From: Comamonadaceae bacterium UBA2334
GTDB taxonomy: Bacteria > Pseudomonadota > Gammaproteobacteria > Burkholderiales > Burkholderiaceae_C
NCBI GenBank assembly: GCA_002344885.1
Contig: DDUQ01000142.1
Location: forward strand, 65,467 to 129,466
Direction of reading: 5' to 3'
Length of the DNA stretch: 64,000 bases
Shown: positions 46,701-57,520 of the stretch, in pieces
Layout of the letters: every line of letters begins with the position of its first letter
Position numbering within the stretch: position 1 is the stretch's first letter
Notes under the pieces: model-generated
The model's database searches: none
What the model was told of the DNA's origin: nothing
What the model saw: the letters and a program-made list of their open reading frames with translations, nothing else
Position numbers and translations under genes: made by a program

Positions 46701-47312
46701 ATGATGGTTCTGTACTCAGGCACAACTTGCCCCTTCTCTCACCGCTGCCGTTTTGTGCTGTTTGAAAAAGGCATGGATTTTGAGATTCGGGACGTTGATC
46801 TGTTCAACAAGCCGGAAGATATCGCGGTCATGAACCCGTATGGTCAGGTGCCCATCCTCGTTGAACGCGATCTGATTTTGTACGAGTCGAACATCATCAA
46901 CGAGTACATCGACGAGCGGTTTCCTCATCCACAGTTGATGCCGGGTGACCCGGTAGACCGTGCACGTGTTCGGTTGTTTCTGCTCAATTTCGAAAAGGAA
47001 TTGTTTGCGCACGTGTCAGTGTTGGAGACTCGGGCCAACAAGGGCAATGAAAAGGCCATGGAAAAGGCACGGGCCTACATACGCGACCGCCTGACGCAAT
47101 TGGCCCCGGTGTTCCTGAAGAACAAGTTCATGCTGGGCGACACGTTCTCGATGCTCGACGTGGCCATTGCACCTCTGCTCTGGCGTCTGGATTTCTATGG
47201 CATAGAACTCAGCAAAAATGCAGCTCCTCTGCTGAAGTATGCCGAGCGTATCTTTTCGCGTCCTGCGTACATCGAAGCATTGACGCCCTCAGAAAAAGTG
47301 ATGCGCAAGTAA
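46701..47312 (+). CDS. sspA: Stringent starvation protein A (GST-like)
   Basis: 203-aa GST-fold ORF followed by sspB. MVLYSGTTCPFSHRCRFVL. Confidence 0.9.
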   Translation: MMVLYSGTTCPFSHRCRFVLFEKGMDFEIRDVDLFNKPEDIAVMNPYGQVPILVERDLILYESNIINEYIDERFPHPQLMPGDPVDRARVRLFLLNFEKELFAHVSVLETRANKGNEKAMEKARAYIRDRLTQLAPVFLKNKFMLGDTFSMLDVAIAPLLWRLDFYGIELSKNAAPLLKYAERIFSRPAYIEALTPSEKVMRK

Positions 47313-47325
47313 CCCTTGCCACTGT

Positions 47326-47835
47326 GTGACCACCATGAGCGACTTGCCCTCCACACGCCCGTATTTGCTTCGCGCCATGCATCAGTGGTGTGAAGACAAT
47401 GGCTTCACTGCGTACATCGCTGTTGCGGTAGACGATTCAGTCAGAGTGCCGCGACAGCACGTGGTGGACGGTGAAATTGTGCTCAACATCAGTTCCGATG
47501 CAACCGGTGCCCTGGTGATGGGCAATGACGCCATCGAGTTCAAAGCCCGATTTGGTGGCATTCCACAGAATATTTTTGTGCCGGTCGGACGGGTGCAGGC
47601 GATTTACGCGCGCGAGAATGGGCAGGGGATGGCATTTCCGGTTGAAGCCACGCCGTCGGTCTCGGTCGACGCGGCAATTGAACATACCGATAGCAAGGGT
47701 GGTCTGGCATTGGTAGTCGGTGGCGAAAGCGGTGCTGTTACTGACAGCAATTTGCCCGACGCTGCCGATGATGGTACGGCAGAGGAAGATAATATTTCCA
47801 AACCTCCGAGGCCAACCCTCACGAGAATAAAGTAG
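47326..47835 (+). CDS. sspB: ClpXP adaptor SspB (stringent starvation protein B)
   Basis: RPYLLRAMHQWCEDNGFTAYIAV. C-terminal ClpX-binding tail RPTLTRIK. Start is GTG 47326 or ATG 47335. Confidence 0.88.
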   Translation: MTTMSDLPSTRPYLLRAMHQWCEDNGFTAYIAVAVDDSVRVPRQHVVDGEIVLNISSDATGALVMGNDAIEFKARFGGIPQNIFVPVGRVQAIYARENGQGMAFPVEATPSVSVDAAIEHTDSKGGLALVVGGESGAVTDSNLPDAADDGTAEEDNISKPPRPTLTRIK

Positions 47836-47848
47836 AATCAAGGGCGTT

Positions 47849-47924
47849 GCCGCTTTAGCTCAGTTGGTAGAGCAACCGCCTTGTAAGCGGTAGGTCGTCA
47901 GTTCGAGTCCGACAAGCGGCACCA
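47849..47924 (+). tRNA. tRNA-Thr (anticodon UGU)
   Basis: Cloverleaf read by eye. Acceptor GCCGCTT/AAGCGGC plus ACCA. D arm GCTC/GAGC. Anticodon stem ACCGC/GCGGT with loop CTTGTAA. T loop TTCGAGT. One A-C mismatch in the T stem. Confidence 0.9.
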
Positions 47925-47958
47925 TAACAAATCTGCATTGTTGCAATGCAGCCCAAAA

Positions 47959-47988
47959 CCCACTGTCCAAAAGACAGTGGGTTTTTTA
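47959..47988 (+). terminator. Rho-independent terminator after tRNA-Thr
   Basis: CCCACTGTC-CAAAA-GACAGTGGG followed by T6. Preceded by a second hairpin CTGCATTG-TTG-CAATGCAG at 47933..47951. Confidence 0.85.
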
Positions 47989-48048
47989 TTGACGGTGTCC
48001 GTCAGGGGCGAGTTTTCGGTGCAGATTTGTCGGCCGACGTGCCAACGG

Positions 48049-48369
48049 TCATGCTGAGGGTTTGATGACTTTTACCCTGACCTTGGGCGTGTGCAAACCG
48101 TCTGCTGACAGGTGTTGTTCAATGTCCGGTATCACTTGTCTCAATTTGGCCGCGGTGGCTGAATTCGTGACCAGGAGGCACCAACCTCGATCATCGATAG
48201 GCCCGGGTTGTATGGAGCGACCGGCGTGTTTGGGCAGCAAATGGGCAATGCGCTTGAAACGGGTTTGAGATTCGCCGATCATTGCGCCCAAACGCTGCAT
48301 GGCTGGTGACTCACCGAGCGCATCATTGAGCGACAGCGCGGTTCGATTTCGGGGAGCGGCAGCTTTCAT
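48049..48369 (-). CDS. DUF721 / DciA-like protein (106 aa)
   Basis: The 3' third of ORF 48049..48897, starting MKAAAPRN. Size, GWCLLVTNSATAAKLRQ pattern and position next to secA fit DUF721. The upstream part of the ORF overlaps the M23 gene and is judged spurious. Confidence 0.6.
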   Translation of the reverse strand: MKAAAPRNRTALSLNDALGESPAMQRLGAMIGESQTRFKRIAHLLPKHAGRSIQPGPIDDRGWCLLVTNSATAAKLRQVIPDIEQHLSADGLHTPKVRVKVIKPSA

Positions 48370-48390
48370 GACGCAGTTGACGAGGCCATC

Positions 48391-49359
48391 ATGCATTTGA
48401 TTATCACTGACCCCTGGCTGGCCAGGAACAAGGCATTGCACCTGTCTGGATTGCAGCTGCTGGGGTTTTTTGTCACTGCCTCGGTGCTGCTGGTGTTTTT
48501 TTCCATGGCGGCATATCACTTGCTTTTCGTGCATGGTGCACGTCAGGGCTGGCCGGTGATCACCCCCATCGTGCGGCTGATCACGTCTCAGGAACGCCAA
48601 GGGCAGGAACGCTACATGCGTGAGAACTTGGACGCCTTGGCACGCAGGCTGGGTGACATGCAAGCTCGGTTGATACAACTGGATGCCCTCGGTGAGCGGG
48701 TGTCTGCCCTTGCGGGCTTGGTGGCCGTCGACGACAAAAAGAAACCAGGTGCGGGTGGTCCGTTGGTTTTGCCGGAGACATGGTCGCTGGAGAACATGAA
48801 TGCCACGCTGGATGTTTTGGAGAACGCGGCGACGCTCCAACACGACGTCTTTTTGCACGCTGAAACCCGGTTGTTTGCGGAACGGATGAAAAAGCACATG
48901 TTGCCAACCGCGCCACCAGTGTTGGGCGTCGAGTCGGGATCAGGATTTGGATGGCGTCTGGATCCGCTCACTGGCCAACGTGCGCTTCACACCGGGCTTG
49001 ATTTTTCGGCGGATGTCGGCACGCCCATCCTGGCCGCGGCAGGTGGTGTCGTGGTAACTCAAGAGTTCCATCCTGCTTATGGCAACATGGTCGAAATTGA
49101 TCATGGCAACGAGTTGGTCACCCGGTATGCCCATGCGTCTAGGGTTTTGGTCAAGGTCGGGGACATCGTGAAACGGGGGCAATCCATTGCCTTGGTGGGT
49201 TCCAGTGGCCGATCGACTGGGCCTCATTTGCATTTTGAGGTTTGGCTGTCTGGTGTGGCACAAGATCCTCAATTGTTTCTGCGGTCTGCGGCTGACAACA
49301 GGCTCGCGGGTGCCAAGGTGCCTGCATTGATGCCCCGAGTTGCCGACGCAAAACGTTGA
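48391..49359 (+). CDS. M23-family metallopeptidase with N-terminal TM segment and coiled coil
   Basis: HTGLDF, YAHASRVLVKVGDIVKRGQ, GRSTGPHLHFEV. Confidence 0.88.
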   Translation: MHLIITDPWLARNKALHLSGLQLLGFFVTASVLLVFFSMAAYHLLFVHGARQGWPVITPIVRLITSQERQGQERYMRENLDALARRLGDMQARLIQLDALGERVSALAGLVAVDDKKKPGAGGPLVLPETWSLENMNATLDVLENAATLQHDVFLHAETRLFAERMKKHMLPTAPPVLGVESGSGFGWRLDPLTGQRALHTGLDFSADVGTPILAAAGGVVVTQEFHPAYGNMVEIDHGNELVTRYAHASRVLVKVGDIVKRGQSIALVGSSGRSTGPHLHFEVWLSGVAQDPQLFLRSAADNRLAGAKVPALMPRVADAKR

Positions 49360-49628
49360 GCCGCCAGGTTTGGCGTACTGAAATTGGGCTGAAAAGCACG
49401 GAGAACGGTGTGGTCCTGGGGCAGTAGGTGCGACCCAGCGCATCAGTCACGCCTGTGGCACCGAACAGACCAATGGAGTCCACACAAGCGTTCGAATAGG
49501 GCGTTCATGTGCGGGGTTTAAAATATTTGGTTTGCCCCCAGTTACATGGGGTGTTTCTTGCCAAACTTCCCCGGGACGGTTCGCTTATCGATGTCGTGGG
49601 GCTGAACTCATTTTTTTGATTGCTTTTC

Positions 49629-52388
49629 ATGGCTACCAACATCCTGACAAAAATATTCGGAAGCCGAAACGACCGTTTGCTCAAAACGTACCGAAAGACC
49701 GTTGCACAGGTCAACGGTTTGGAATCTGCCCTGGAAAAATTGTCGGACGATGAGTTGAGGGACAAGACCCGTTCATTCAAGGAGCGTCTGGCTGCTGGTC
49801 AAACCTTGGATGCGATCCTGCCGGAGGCTTTTGCTGTCGTTCGGGAAGGCAGCAAGCGTGTCATGAAGATGCGCCATTTCGACGTGCAATTGATCGGTGG
49901 ATTGGCGTTGCACAACGGAAAAATTGCCGAAATGCGCACCGGTGAAGGCAAGACGCTCACCGCCACTCTGGCTGTATACCTGAATGCACTGACCGGCAAC
50001 GGCGTGCATGTGGTCACCGTGAACGACTACCTTGCCCGACGCGATGCGGAATGGATGGGGCGGTTGTATGGTTTCCTCGGATTGACCGTGGGCATCAATT
50101 TGCCCCAACTGTCGCGTGAAGAAAAGCAAGCAGCCTATGCTGCCGACATCACCTACGGGACGAACAACGAGTTTGGTTTTGACTACCTGCGTGACAACAT
50201 GGTCTATGAAAGCGTGGACCGGGTTCAGCGAAAACTGAATTACGCTATCGTTGACGAGGTGGACTCCATCCTCATTGATGAAGCGCGCACACCGCTGATC
50301 ATCAGTGGCCAGGCGGAGGACCATACACCGATGTACCTGGCGATCAACGCCATCGCCCCTTTGCTGACCCGGCAGGAAGGTGAGGCGGATCCGCGTACCG
50401 GCGAGGGTGTCACCAAGCCGGGTGACTTCACGTTGGATGAGAAGTCACATCAGATATTCCTGACCGAGCAAGGTCATGAAACGGCTGAGCGATTGCTGGC
50501 CGGTGCAGGTTTGTTGCCAGAGGGTGCGTCGTTGTACGACCCCGCCAACATTTCCCTGATGCACCACCTGAATGCATCTTTGCGCGCCCATCACGTATAT
50601 CACAAAGATCAGCACTATGTGGTGCAAGGTGGCGAGATCATCATCGTGGATGAATTCACCGGTCGCCTGATGAGTGGTCGCCGCTGGAGCGATGGCTTGC
50701 ACCAAGCCGTGGAAGCCAAGGAGCAGGTGCAGATCCAGGCTGAGAACCAGACTATGGCATCGATCACGTTCCAGAATTACTTCAGGCTGTACACCAAGCT
50801 CTCCGGCATGACGGGCACGGCAGACACGGAGGCTTACGAGTTTCAGGAAATCTATGGTCTTGAAACCGTTGTCATTCCGCCCAACCGCCCGAGCAAGCGG
50901 GATGATCAGTTGGATCGCGTTTACAAGACAACACCCGAAAAGTACAACGCAGCCATTGCCGATATCCGGGAGTGCTATGAGCGCGAACAACCGGTTCTGG
51001 TTGGCACGTCGTCCATCGAAAACTCCGAGATCATCTCTGGCTTGCTGGACAAGGCAGGATTGCCGCACCAGGTTTTGAACGCCAAGCAGCATGCACGTGA
51101 GGCGGACATCATCATTCAGGCGGGGCGACCCAAGATGATCACCATTGCCACCAACATGGCCGGCAGGGGGACTGACATCGTATTGGGCGGCAACCTGGAA
51201 AAGCTCATTCAAGCGGTTCAGGCTGATGCCAGCCTGAGCGATGCAGCGCGCGCAGCCAAAATCGAGGCGGTGAAGGCTCAATGGCCCGCCGACCATGAAA
51301 AAGTCAAAGCGCTGGGCGGTCTGCGCATCATTGCGACAGAACGGCATGAATCTCGCCGGATTGATAACCAGTTGCGCGGCCGTTCAGGCCGACAGGGTGA
51401 TCCGGGTTCCTCGCGTTTTTATTTGAGCCTCGATGATTCCTTGATGCGCATTTTTGCGGGTGATCGCGTGCGCGCCATCATGGATCGCCTGAAGATGCCC
51501 GAGGGTGAAGCCATTGAGGCGGGTATGGTGACCCGCAGCATCGAATCTGCGCAAAGGAAAGTCGAAGCGCGGAACTTTGACATCCGCAAGCAATTGCTGG
51601 AGTACGACGATGTCGCGAATGACCAGCGTAAGGTCATTTACCAGCAACGCAATGACATCCTGGATGCTGTCAACCTGCGTGCGCAGATCAGCGCGTTGCG
51701 TGAAGGCTGCTTCACGGATCTGGTGCATCAATATGTGCCGGCCGAAAGTGTGGAAGAGCAGTGGGATTTGCCTGGTTTGGAACGGGTCTTGAAAGAGGAG
51801 TGGGCTGTAGAGGTTGGGCTGGTCGAGTTGCTCGCCACGGCAGACAACCTCACCGACGAGGACATCTTGGCCAAAGTGCTGGCTGCGGCACACGCTGTGT
51901 TCGACGCCAAAGTGGAGCTGGTCGGAGAGGACAATTTCCTGGGCTTCCAGCGGATGGTGTTGTTGCAGAGCCTGGACAGCCACTGGCGTGACCATTTGAG
52001 TGCGCTCGACTACCTGCGCCAAGGCATCCACCTGCGTGGTTATGCACAGAAGCAACCCAAGCAGGAATACAAACGTGAGGCCTTCGAGTTGTTCGGGCAG
52101 TTGCTTGACAGTGTCAAGAACGAAGTCACGAAGGTGTTGATGACGGTTCGCGTCCAGTCGAGCGATCAGTTGTCGGATGCGGCTCAACAGATCGAGGAGC
52201 GCGCGGAGCAGATCAGCAACGTGACCTACTCCGCACCGACCGAGACGGGAGAAGTTGAAACAGTTGTGGATGCACAGACCGTCAGAAAGGCGACGCCTGC
52301 GGCAGCAGTTCCACGGGTGGGCCGCAATGACCCGTGCCCTTGTGGCAGCGGCCAGAAGTACAAGCATTGCCACGGCAAGCTGGCCTGA
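49629..52388 (+). CDS. secA: Preprotein translocase ATPase SecA
   Basis: Within ORF 49620..52388. MRTGEGKTL Walker [21 protein letters not shown]-terminal zinc motif [14 protein letters not shown]. Confidence 0.96.
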   Translation: MATNILTKIFGSRNDRLLKTYRKTVAQVNGLESALEKLSDDELRDKTRSFKERLAAGQTLDAILPEAFAVVREGSKRVMKMRHFDVQLIGGLALHNGKIAEMRTGEGKTLTATLAVYLNALTGNGVHVVTVNDYLARRDAEWMGRLYGFLGLTVGINLPQLSREEKQAAYAADITYGTNNEFGFDYLRDNMVYESVDRVQRKLNYAIVDEVDSILIDEARTPLIISGQAEDHTPMYLAINAIAPLLTRQEGEADPRTGEGVTKPGDFTLDEKSHQIFLTEQGHETAERLLAGAGLLPEGASLYDPANISLMHHLNASLRAHHVYHKDQHYVVQGGEIIIVDEFTGRLMSGRRWSDGLHQAVEAKEQVQIQAENQTMASITFQNYFRLYTKLSGMTGTADTEAYEFQEIYGLETVVIPPNRPSKRDDQLDRVYKTTPEKYNAAIADIRECYEREQPVLVGTSSIENSEIISGLLDKAGLPHQVLNAKQHAREADIIIQAGRPKMITIATNMAGRGTDIVLGGNLEKLIQAVQADASLSDAARAAKIEAVKAQWPADHEKVKALGGLRIIATERHESRRIDNQLRGRSGRQGDPGSSRFYLSLDDSLMRIFAGDRVRAIMDRLKMPEGEAIEAGMVTRSIESAQRKVEARNFDIRKQLLEYDDVANDQRKVIYQQRNDILDAVNLRAQISALREGCFTDLVHQYVPAESVEEQWDLPGLERVLKEEWAVEVGLVELLATADNLTDEDILAKVLAAAHAVFDAKVELVGEDNFLGFQRMVLLQSLDSHWRDHLSALDYLRQGIHLRGYAQKQPKQEYKREAFELFGQLLDSVKNEVTKVLMTVRVQSSDQLSDAAQQIEERAEQISNVTYSAPTETGEVETVVDAQTVRKATPAAAVPRVGRNDPCPCGSGQKYKHCHGKLA

Positions 52389-52414
52389 CCATTCACCATC
52401 TTTGAAGGACGACC

Positions 52415-53644
52415 ATGCCCGTCAATCTGCCCTTGCCCACAGCCGATGCACTTTTTCCTGTTCCCGGCCTGTCCTTGGGAATTGCTGAAGCAGGTGTGCG
52501 CAAGCAAAACCGCAAAGATCTGACAGTGATGTTGCTTGCGCCCGGCACAGCGGTGGGTGCGGTGTTCACGCGAAACAGGTTTTGTGCAGCGCCCGTCCAG
52601 GTGTGCCGCAATCATTTGGCATCTGGTCACGGTATCCGTGCGATCGTGGTGAACACAGGTAACGCCAACGCGGGGACGGGTGAAGAAGGTTTGCGCCGGG
52701 CGCAGGCAACCTGTGCGGCGCTGGCCACCCGGTTGGGCCTCGAGCCACACCAGGTATTGCCGTTTTCGACGGGCGTGATCATGGAGCAATTGCCCTACGA
52801 CAGGGTGATTGCAGGGCTGCCCGCTGCGCTGGCAGATGCCTGCGCAGAAAACTGGCTTCGCGCGGCCGAAGCCATCATGACCACCGACACACAGCCGAAA
52901 GCCGCCAGCAGACAGGTCGTCATAGGTGGTCAGACCGTGACCGTGACCGGCATTGCGAAGGGTGCAGGCATGATTCGCCCGAACATGGCGACCATGCTCG
53001 GTTTTGTGGCCACAGACGCCAATCTGGCCCCGGATTTGCTCCCAGCCCTGACAAAGGCATTGGCTGACCGATCCTTCAATCGGGTCACGGTGGACGGAGA
53101 CACCTCTACCAACGATTCGTTTCTACTCATGGCGACCCGGCAGGCACAGCATCCGCAGATCACAGACATGACGACTGCCGAGGGTCAAGCTCTGGAGGCT
53201 GCCCTGCTCGAAGTGGCACAGTACCTCGCACATGCCATGGTGAGGGACGGGGAAGGGGCCACGAAGTTCATCAGCATTCAGGTGGACGGTGGCAAGACCC
53301 GGGACGAATGCCTCAAAGTTGCTTACGCAATCGCCCATTCGCCGCTTGTGAAGACAGCCTTTTTTGCCAGCGATCCCAACCTGGGACGCATTCTGGCCGC
53401 AGTGGGCTATGCAGGCATCGATGACCTTGACCAATCGCTGATCGAGCTCTTTCTGGATGATGTACACGTCGCGACTCGCGGTGGGCGTCACCCGGCTTAC
53501 CAGGAGCAGGACGGTGCCCGGGTGATGGCGCAAACGGAAATCAGGGTCCGGGTGGAGCTGGGTCGGGGCAGTTGGTCCGACACGGTCTGGACATGCGATT
53601 TCAGTCACGACTATGTGACCATCAACGCCGATTACAGATCATGA
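52415..53644 (+). CDS. argJ: Bifunctional glutamate N-acetyltransferase / amino-acid acetyltransferase
   Basis: 409-aa ORF with autoprocessing site [13 protein letters not shown] and KGAGMI. Confidence 0.92.
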   Translation: MPVNLPLPTADALFPVPGLSLGIAEAGVRKQNRKDLTVMLLAPGTAVGAVFTRNRFCAAPVQVCRNHLASGHGIRAIVVNTGNANAGTGEEGLRRAQATCAALATRLGLEPHQVLPFSTGVIMEQLPYDRVIAGLPAALADACAENWLRAAEAIMTTDTQPKAASRQVVIGGQTVTVTGIAKGAGMIRPNMATMLGFVATDANLAPDLLPALTKALADRSFNRVTVDGDTSTNDSFLLMATRQAQHPQITDMTTAEGQALEAALLEVAQYLAHAMVRDGEGATKFISIQVDGGKTRDECLKVAYAIAHSPLVKTAFFASDPNLGRILAAVGYAGIDDLDQSLIELFLDDVHVATRGGRHPAYQEQDGARVMAQTEIRVRVELGRGSWSDTVWTCDFSHDYVTINADYRS

Positions 53645-54528
53645 GTGACGGACTGGCACCCTTGATGGGGCGGCTGGAGGCGCTCGTCTCTCGCGTCGAG
53701 CGCCTGATGCCTTCAGACCTGACTCACGCCCCGGATTGGGGTGCATCGGTGGCTTTTCGATACAGCCGTCGGCGCAATGGCTTTGGCAGACTGGAGCCTG
53801 TCCGTCAAGTTTCAGCGTTGACGCTGCCAGACGTTTGTGAGGTCGATGCGCAGAAAGACAAAATCGTTCGCAACACGCAACGTTTTGTCAGCGGACAGCC
53901 TGCCAACAACGTCTTGTTGACCGGCGCACGGGGTACGGGTAAGTCGTCCCTGATCAAGGCTTGCCTGAATGCATTCAAAGACCAGGGCCTGCGCCTGATC
54001 GAGGTGGACAAAGCCGATTTGATCGACTTGCCTGACCTGATCGACATGGTTGCCGACCGACCTGAACGATTCATTGTGTTCTGCGATGACCTGAGTTTTG
54101 ACGAAGGCGAATCAGGCTACAAAGCGCTGAAGTCCATCCTGGATGGCTCGGTGTCTGCGACCAGCGCAAATGTGTTGATCTACGCAACCAGCAACAGGCG
54201 TCACCTGTTGCCTGAGTACATGAAGGACAACCTCACGTACACCCACACGGACGATGGTGAGGTTCATCCCGGTGAAGTGATCGAGGAAAAAATTTCTCTT
54301 TCTGAGCGTTTTGGCTTGTGGGTAAGCTTTTATCCATTCAGTCAGGACGAGTACCTGGCGATCGTTGGCCAATGGTTGCGCCATTTCGGTGCAACCGATG
54401 CCGATGTAGCAGCGGCGCGGCCATCAGCGTTGGTGTGGGCCTTGGAGCGGGGCTCTCGCAGTGGGCGTGTGGCCTATCAATTTGCTAAAGACCACGTCAC
54501 CTCGGCGTCAGCAGAACCCCAAGGTTGA
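53641..54528 (+). CDS. DUF815-type AAA ATPase
   Basis: Within ORF 53572..54528. Its ATG overlaps the argJ stop (ATGA). Walker [10 protein letters not shown]. Confidence 0.75.
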   Translation: MSDGLAPLMGRLEALVSRVERLMPSDLTHAPDWGASVAFRYSRRRNGFGRLEPVRQVSALTLPDVCEVDAQKDKIVRNTQRFVSGQPANNVLLTGARGTGKSSLIKACLNAFKDQGLRLIEVDKADLIDLPDLIDMVADRPERFIVFCDDLSFDEGESGYKALKSILDGSVSATSANVLIYATSNRRHLLPEYMKDNLTYTHTDDGEVHPGEVIEEKISLSERFGLWVSFYPFSQDEYLAIVGQWLRHFGATDADVAAARPSALVWALERGSRSGRVAYQFAKDHVTSASAEPQG

Positions 54529-54533
54529 TTGGC

Positions 54534-54992
54534 ATGCCTGCTCAAATGATCGGTGGTGAGGCTGTGATGGCTGTAGATGCGGCCCAACCTCGAACTGGCG
54601 GTGCAAGCAGGCCGTGCACCGATGTGGCGGTCGGTATTCTCTTTCAGCCTGACGGTTTGTTTTTGCTGACCACCCGTCCGCCCTGCAAAGCCTATGCCGG
54701 ACATTGGGAGTTCCCAGGCGGCAAAGTGGAGCCCGGTGAATCTGTCGAGCAAGCGTTGGTCCGAGAGTTGCACGAGGAGTTGGGTGTCACCGTGACCCAG
54801 GTGCAGAGGTGGCGCGAGCAAGTGGTGGACTACCCCCACGCACTGGTGCGGCTGCATTTTTGTCGCGTGACGGGTTGGACGGGCGAGTTGACCATGCGAG
54901 AGGGGCAGCAGTTTGCCTGGCAAACCCTCCCGGTCAGCGTGGCACCGTTGTTGGCGGGTACTGTGCCTGTACTGGATTGGCTGAAAAAATAA
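54534..54992 (+). CDS. mutT: NUDIX hydrolase, MutT-like 8-oxo-dGTP diphosphatase
   Basis: Nudix box GHWEFPGGKVEPGESVEQALVRELHEELG. Start is ATG 54534 or TTG 54525. Confidence 0.85.
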   Translation: MPAQMIGGEAVMAVDAAQPRTGGASRPCTDVAVGILFQPDGLFLLTTRPPCKAYAGHWEFPGGKVEPGESVEQALVRELHEELGVTVTQVQRWREQVVDYPHALVRLHFCRVTGWTGELTMREGQQFAWQTLPVSVAPLLAGTVPVLDWLKK

Positions 54993-55039
54993 TAGCTTAT
55001 AGTGCTTTATAGTAAAGCGCTGGATGCGTTTTTTTATCC
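54992..55039 (+). repeat. AT-rich element copy H, between convergent mutT and yacG
   Basis: ATAGCTTATAGTGCTTTATAGTAAAGCGCTGGATGCGTTTTTTTATCC. 18-nt spacer. Internal hairpin GCTTTA-TAG-TAAAGC. Confidence 0.75.
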
Positions 55040-55246
55040 TAATTCTTCTGCGTTGTCAGGCGCTGGCGCAGCAACTTTGAACTCTTCTTGTGCCCAACGT
55101 CCCAAGTCGGTTGCACGGCAGAGCTTGCTGCAGAATGGCCGGAAAGGGTTGTCGGGTGCATAGGGGCTGGGTTGGCCGCACCCAGGACACTTGACCCACC
55201 TGGGCGCGACCGTATCCGGTATCGGGCACTTTGATTGCGCGGTCAT
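55034..55246 (-). CDS. yacG: DNA gyrase inhibitor YacG (zinc finger)
   Basis: CPGCGQ ... FRPFCSKLCRATDLGRW. Confidence 0.88.
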   Translation of the reverse strand: MTAQSKCPIPDTVAPRWVKCPGCGQPSPYAPDNPFRPFCSKLCRATDLGRWAQEEFKVAAPAPDNAEELG

Positions 55247-55249
55247 TTT

Positions 55250-56005
55250 TCAGGCACAGAGTGTCAGTTCAAACGACGCATCTTCATTGGAGGGGTGCAA
55301 CCGGTGGTCCTCACCCAGGCGGACCAGACGCACGGATACCATCAACCGGTTGCCGCTGATTTCAGGTATCAACCCGGCATCAGCCTGAATGCGCAGGCGT
55401 AACAATTGAAAGGTTCGGCCCTGTGGCAAGTTTTGCTGGAACTGCCCACTGTTGGCCATCACCTTCTGTGGCACGCCGGAGTCGCGCAGCATCTGCAGCA
55501 ACAAGCCGATGGCATCGGCCAAAGGTTGGACCGTGGCGCACCACTGGATCAAGGCCTGTCGCCTCACCTCTGGTGATTTGTGTTGCCAATCGAAATAGGC
55601 GGGCAAATCGAATTCGCAAGTTCCCCCTGGAATCGATATGCGGCTGCGGATGCCCATCAGCCAGTCGTTGTCGTTCAGTGAGTGTCCGGTTTTGCCGGAC
55701 AACTGACTCAAGTTCTGGAAGTAGTTCTCGATGCGACCAACGATGTGATCCAGGGCGGTTTCAGAGATCGCAGGGTTGCCTCGGTAGCCATTGAGCACTT
55801 GCTTTTGGCGTTCCAAGTCTTTCAGAACGTCCGATTTCATGTCGGCACGCGATGCGACGTCGATCATTTCGAACAGCGTGTGCAGAGCAAAGTGATGATC
55901 CAGTGGGTCATCTCGGGAGACCAGGGTGACCAAGCGGCTGAACAGGTGTTCCAGGCGCAGATAGGTCCTGATGCGCTCGTTGAAGGGGTATTCGTAAAGA
56001 ATCAC
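55250..56005 (-). CDS. zapD: Cell division protein ZapD
   Basis: ILYEYPFNERIRTYLRLEHLF N-terminus. Conserved position between coaE and yacG. Confidence 0.88.
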   Translation of the reverse strand: MILYEYPFNERIRTYLRLEHLFSRLVTLVSRDDPLDHHFALHTLFEMIDVASRADMKSDVLKDLERQKQVLNGYRGNPAISETALDHIVGRIENYFQNLSQLSGKTGHSLNDNDWLMGIRSRISIPGGTCEFDLPAYFDWQHKSPEVRRQALIQWCATVQPLADAIGLLLQMLRDSGVPQKVMANSGQFQQNLPQGRTFQLLRLRIQADAGLIPEISGNRLMVSVRLVRLGEDHRLHPSNEDASFELTLCA

Positions 56006-56045
56006 AGCGTGTGGGGTGTCTGTCGTTTGGATCGGTCAACGCTCA

Positions 56046-56651
56046 TCATATCCCCAGCTGGTCAGCCAGTTCGGACACATGCGCCTTGAGCGTCTCCTTA
56101 GAGATGCCGTCATTCATCAACACGGCATCGGCTGCTGCCAGTCTCAAAGCTCTTGGCGCTTGCGAACGGATGATGCCGAGGGTGGTGTCGTGCGACCATC
56201 CGTTGCGCAGTTTCACACGTTCGATTTGGGTGCTGTTACTGCAATCGACCACAATGATGGTCGCCAGTTGCTTTCGCCAGCGGTCTGATTCCACCAGGAG
56301 GGGAATGTCCAAAACAACTGATCGGGTGCGCGCTGATGTCACGGCTTCGGAAATGGCACGCCCGATCAATGGGTGGGTGAGGTGCTCGAGGCGTCTTTTC
56401 GCTGCGGGATCGGCAAAAACAAGTGCGCGCATGGCATCGCGATCGAGTGCGCCGTCCGCTGTGAGCATGTGCGCGCCAAACTCCCGCTCGATGGCTGGCA
56501 TGGCGGCTCCGCCTGCTTGTGTGATGGCCCTGGCAATGTTGTCGGCATCGAGCACTGTCGCCCCCAACTCGGCCAACAGGCCCGCCACCGTGCTTTTGCC
56601 GCTGCCGATCCCGCCGGTCAACCCGACCAGGTTTTTTCTGCTGGCTGTCAC
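56046..56651 (-). CDS. coaE: Dephospho-CoA kinase
   Basis: GLTGGIGSGKST P-loop. 201 aa. Confidence 0.9.
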   Translation of the reverse strand: MTASRKNLVGLTGGIGSGKSTVAGLLAELGATVLDADNIARAITQAGGAAMPAIEREFGAHMLTADGALDRDAMRALVFADPAAKRRLEHLTHPLIGRAISEAVTSARTRSVVLDIPLLVESDRWRKQLATIIVVDCSNSTQIERVKLRNGWSHDTTLGIIRSQAPRALRLAAADAVLMNDGISKETLKAHVSELADQLGI

Positions 56652-57520
56652 AACCCCATGATCTCCAGCATGCGCGCAGGCGACAGGAACATGGCGGTCA
56701 AGCCCGCAAGTGCCAGGAAGGGGCCGAAGGGCACGTAACCACCGTCACGCAAGCCACTGGTGAATTTCATGCCCAGGCCTACGACTGCACCGATGACGGA
56801 CGCCATCAGGATGATGGGAACCAATGCCTGCCAGCCGAACCAGGCTCCAAAGGCCGCGAACAGCTTGAAGTCCCCATAACCCATGCCCTCTTTGCCGGTC
56901 GTCAGCTTGAACGCCCAGTACACCAGCCACAGCGACAGGTAACCCGCCACGGCACCCCACACTGCATCGGGCAAGGTGGCTGCTCCCAGCCAGTTCAACG
57001 CGGCACCACACAGACCGGCCCATAGCAAGGGCAATGTGAGGTCGTCAGGCAGCAGCGTGGTATCCCAGTCGATGGCTGCAAGGGCGACAACGGTGGCGCT
57101 GAAGCCGGCCCACATGGCGCCTGTCATCGTCAGTCCCCATTGCCATCCACACCAGGCAAAAAGCAATCCGGTGGTCAACTCAATGACGGGATACCGCAGG
57201 CCGATCCGAGCGCCGCAAGCGGCGCACTTGCCCCGCAGTCCGAGGTAGCTCACAACCGGAATGTTCTGGTACCACCTGATGACATGCCCGCAATGTGGAC
57301 ATGCCGAACGGGGTGTCATCAGGTTGTAAGGCGCTGATTCGTCAACGCTGGAACTGGCGTCAGTGCAACCATCAGCCTGTTGAAGGGCGGCGCATTCGGC
57401 AGCCCACTGACGTTCGAGCATTTTGGGCATCCTGTGGATGACCACGTTCAAAAAACTACCTATCAACAGGCCCAATATGCCGGCGATGGCAGCATCGACC
57501 TCTGGTGAGCCGGTCATCAA
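56648..57520 (-). CDS. pilD: Prepilin peptidase / N-methyltransferase (A24 family)
   Basis: CPHCGHVIRWYQNIPVVSYL..GKCAACG zinc motif and polytopic C-terminus with GYGDFKL. 4-nt overlaps with coaE and pilC. Confidence 0.9.
   Translation of the reverse strand: MMTGSPEVDAAIAGILGLLIGSFLNVVIHRMPKMLERQWAAECAALQQADGCTDASSSVDESAPYNLMTPRSACPHCGHVIRWYQNIPVVSYLGLRGKCAACGARIGLRYPVIELTTGLLFAWCGWQWGLTMTGAMWAGFSATVVALAAIDWDTTLLPDDLTLPLLWAGLCGAALNWLGAATLPDAVWGAVAGYLSLWLVYWAFKLTTGKEGMGYGDFKLFAAFGAWFGWQALVPIILMASVIGAVVGLGMKFTSGLRDGGYVPFGPFLALAGLTAMFLSPARMLEIMGL

Noticed and set aside
47959-47981. LexA-box-like CTGT...ACAG within CCCACTGTCCAAAAGACAGTGGG.
   Set aside because: The spacer is 7 nt, not 8. The sequence is the stem of an obvious rho-independent terminator followed by a T run.
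47849-48049. tRNA-Thr and tRNA-Pro (60606..60682) as possible integration sites for a genomic island or prophage.
   Set aside because: No integrase, no direct repeat of a tRNA 3' end, and no phage or mobile genes flank either tRNA. The neighbours are housekeeping genes.
49360-49628. The 270-bp region upstream of secA as a possible secM-like leader ORF or another copy of the AT-rich element (GAACTCATTTTTTTGATTGC tail).
   Set aside because: No ORF with an SD and an arrest-peptide-like sequence is visible. The ATAGC-N18-AAGCG core is absent, so only the T-rich tail resembles the element. The evidence is too weak to call.
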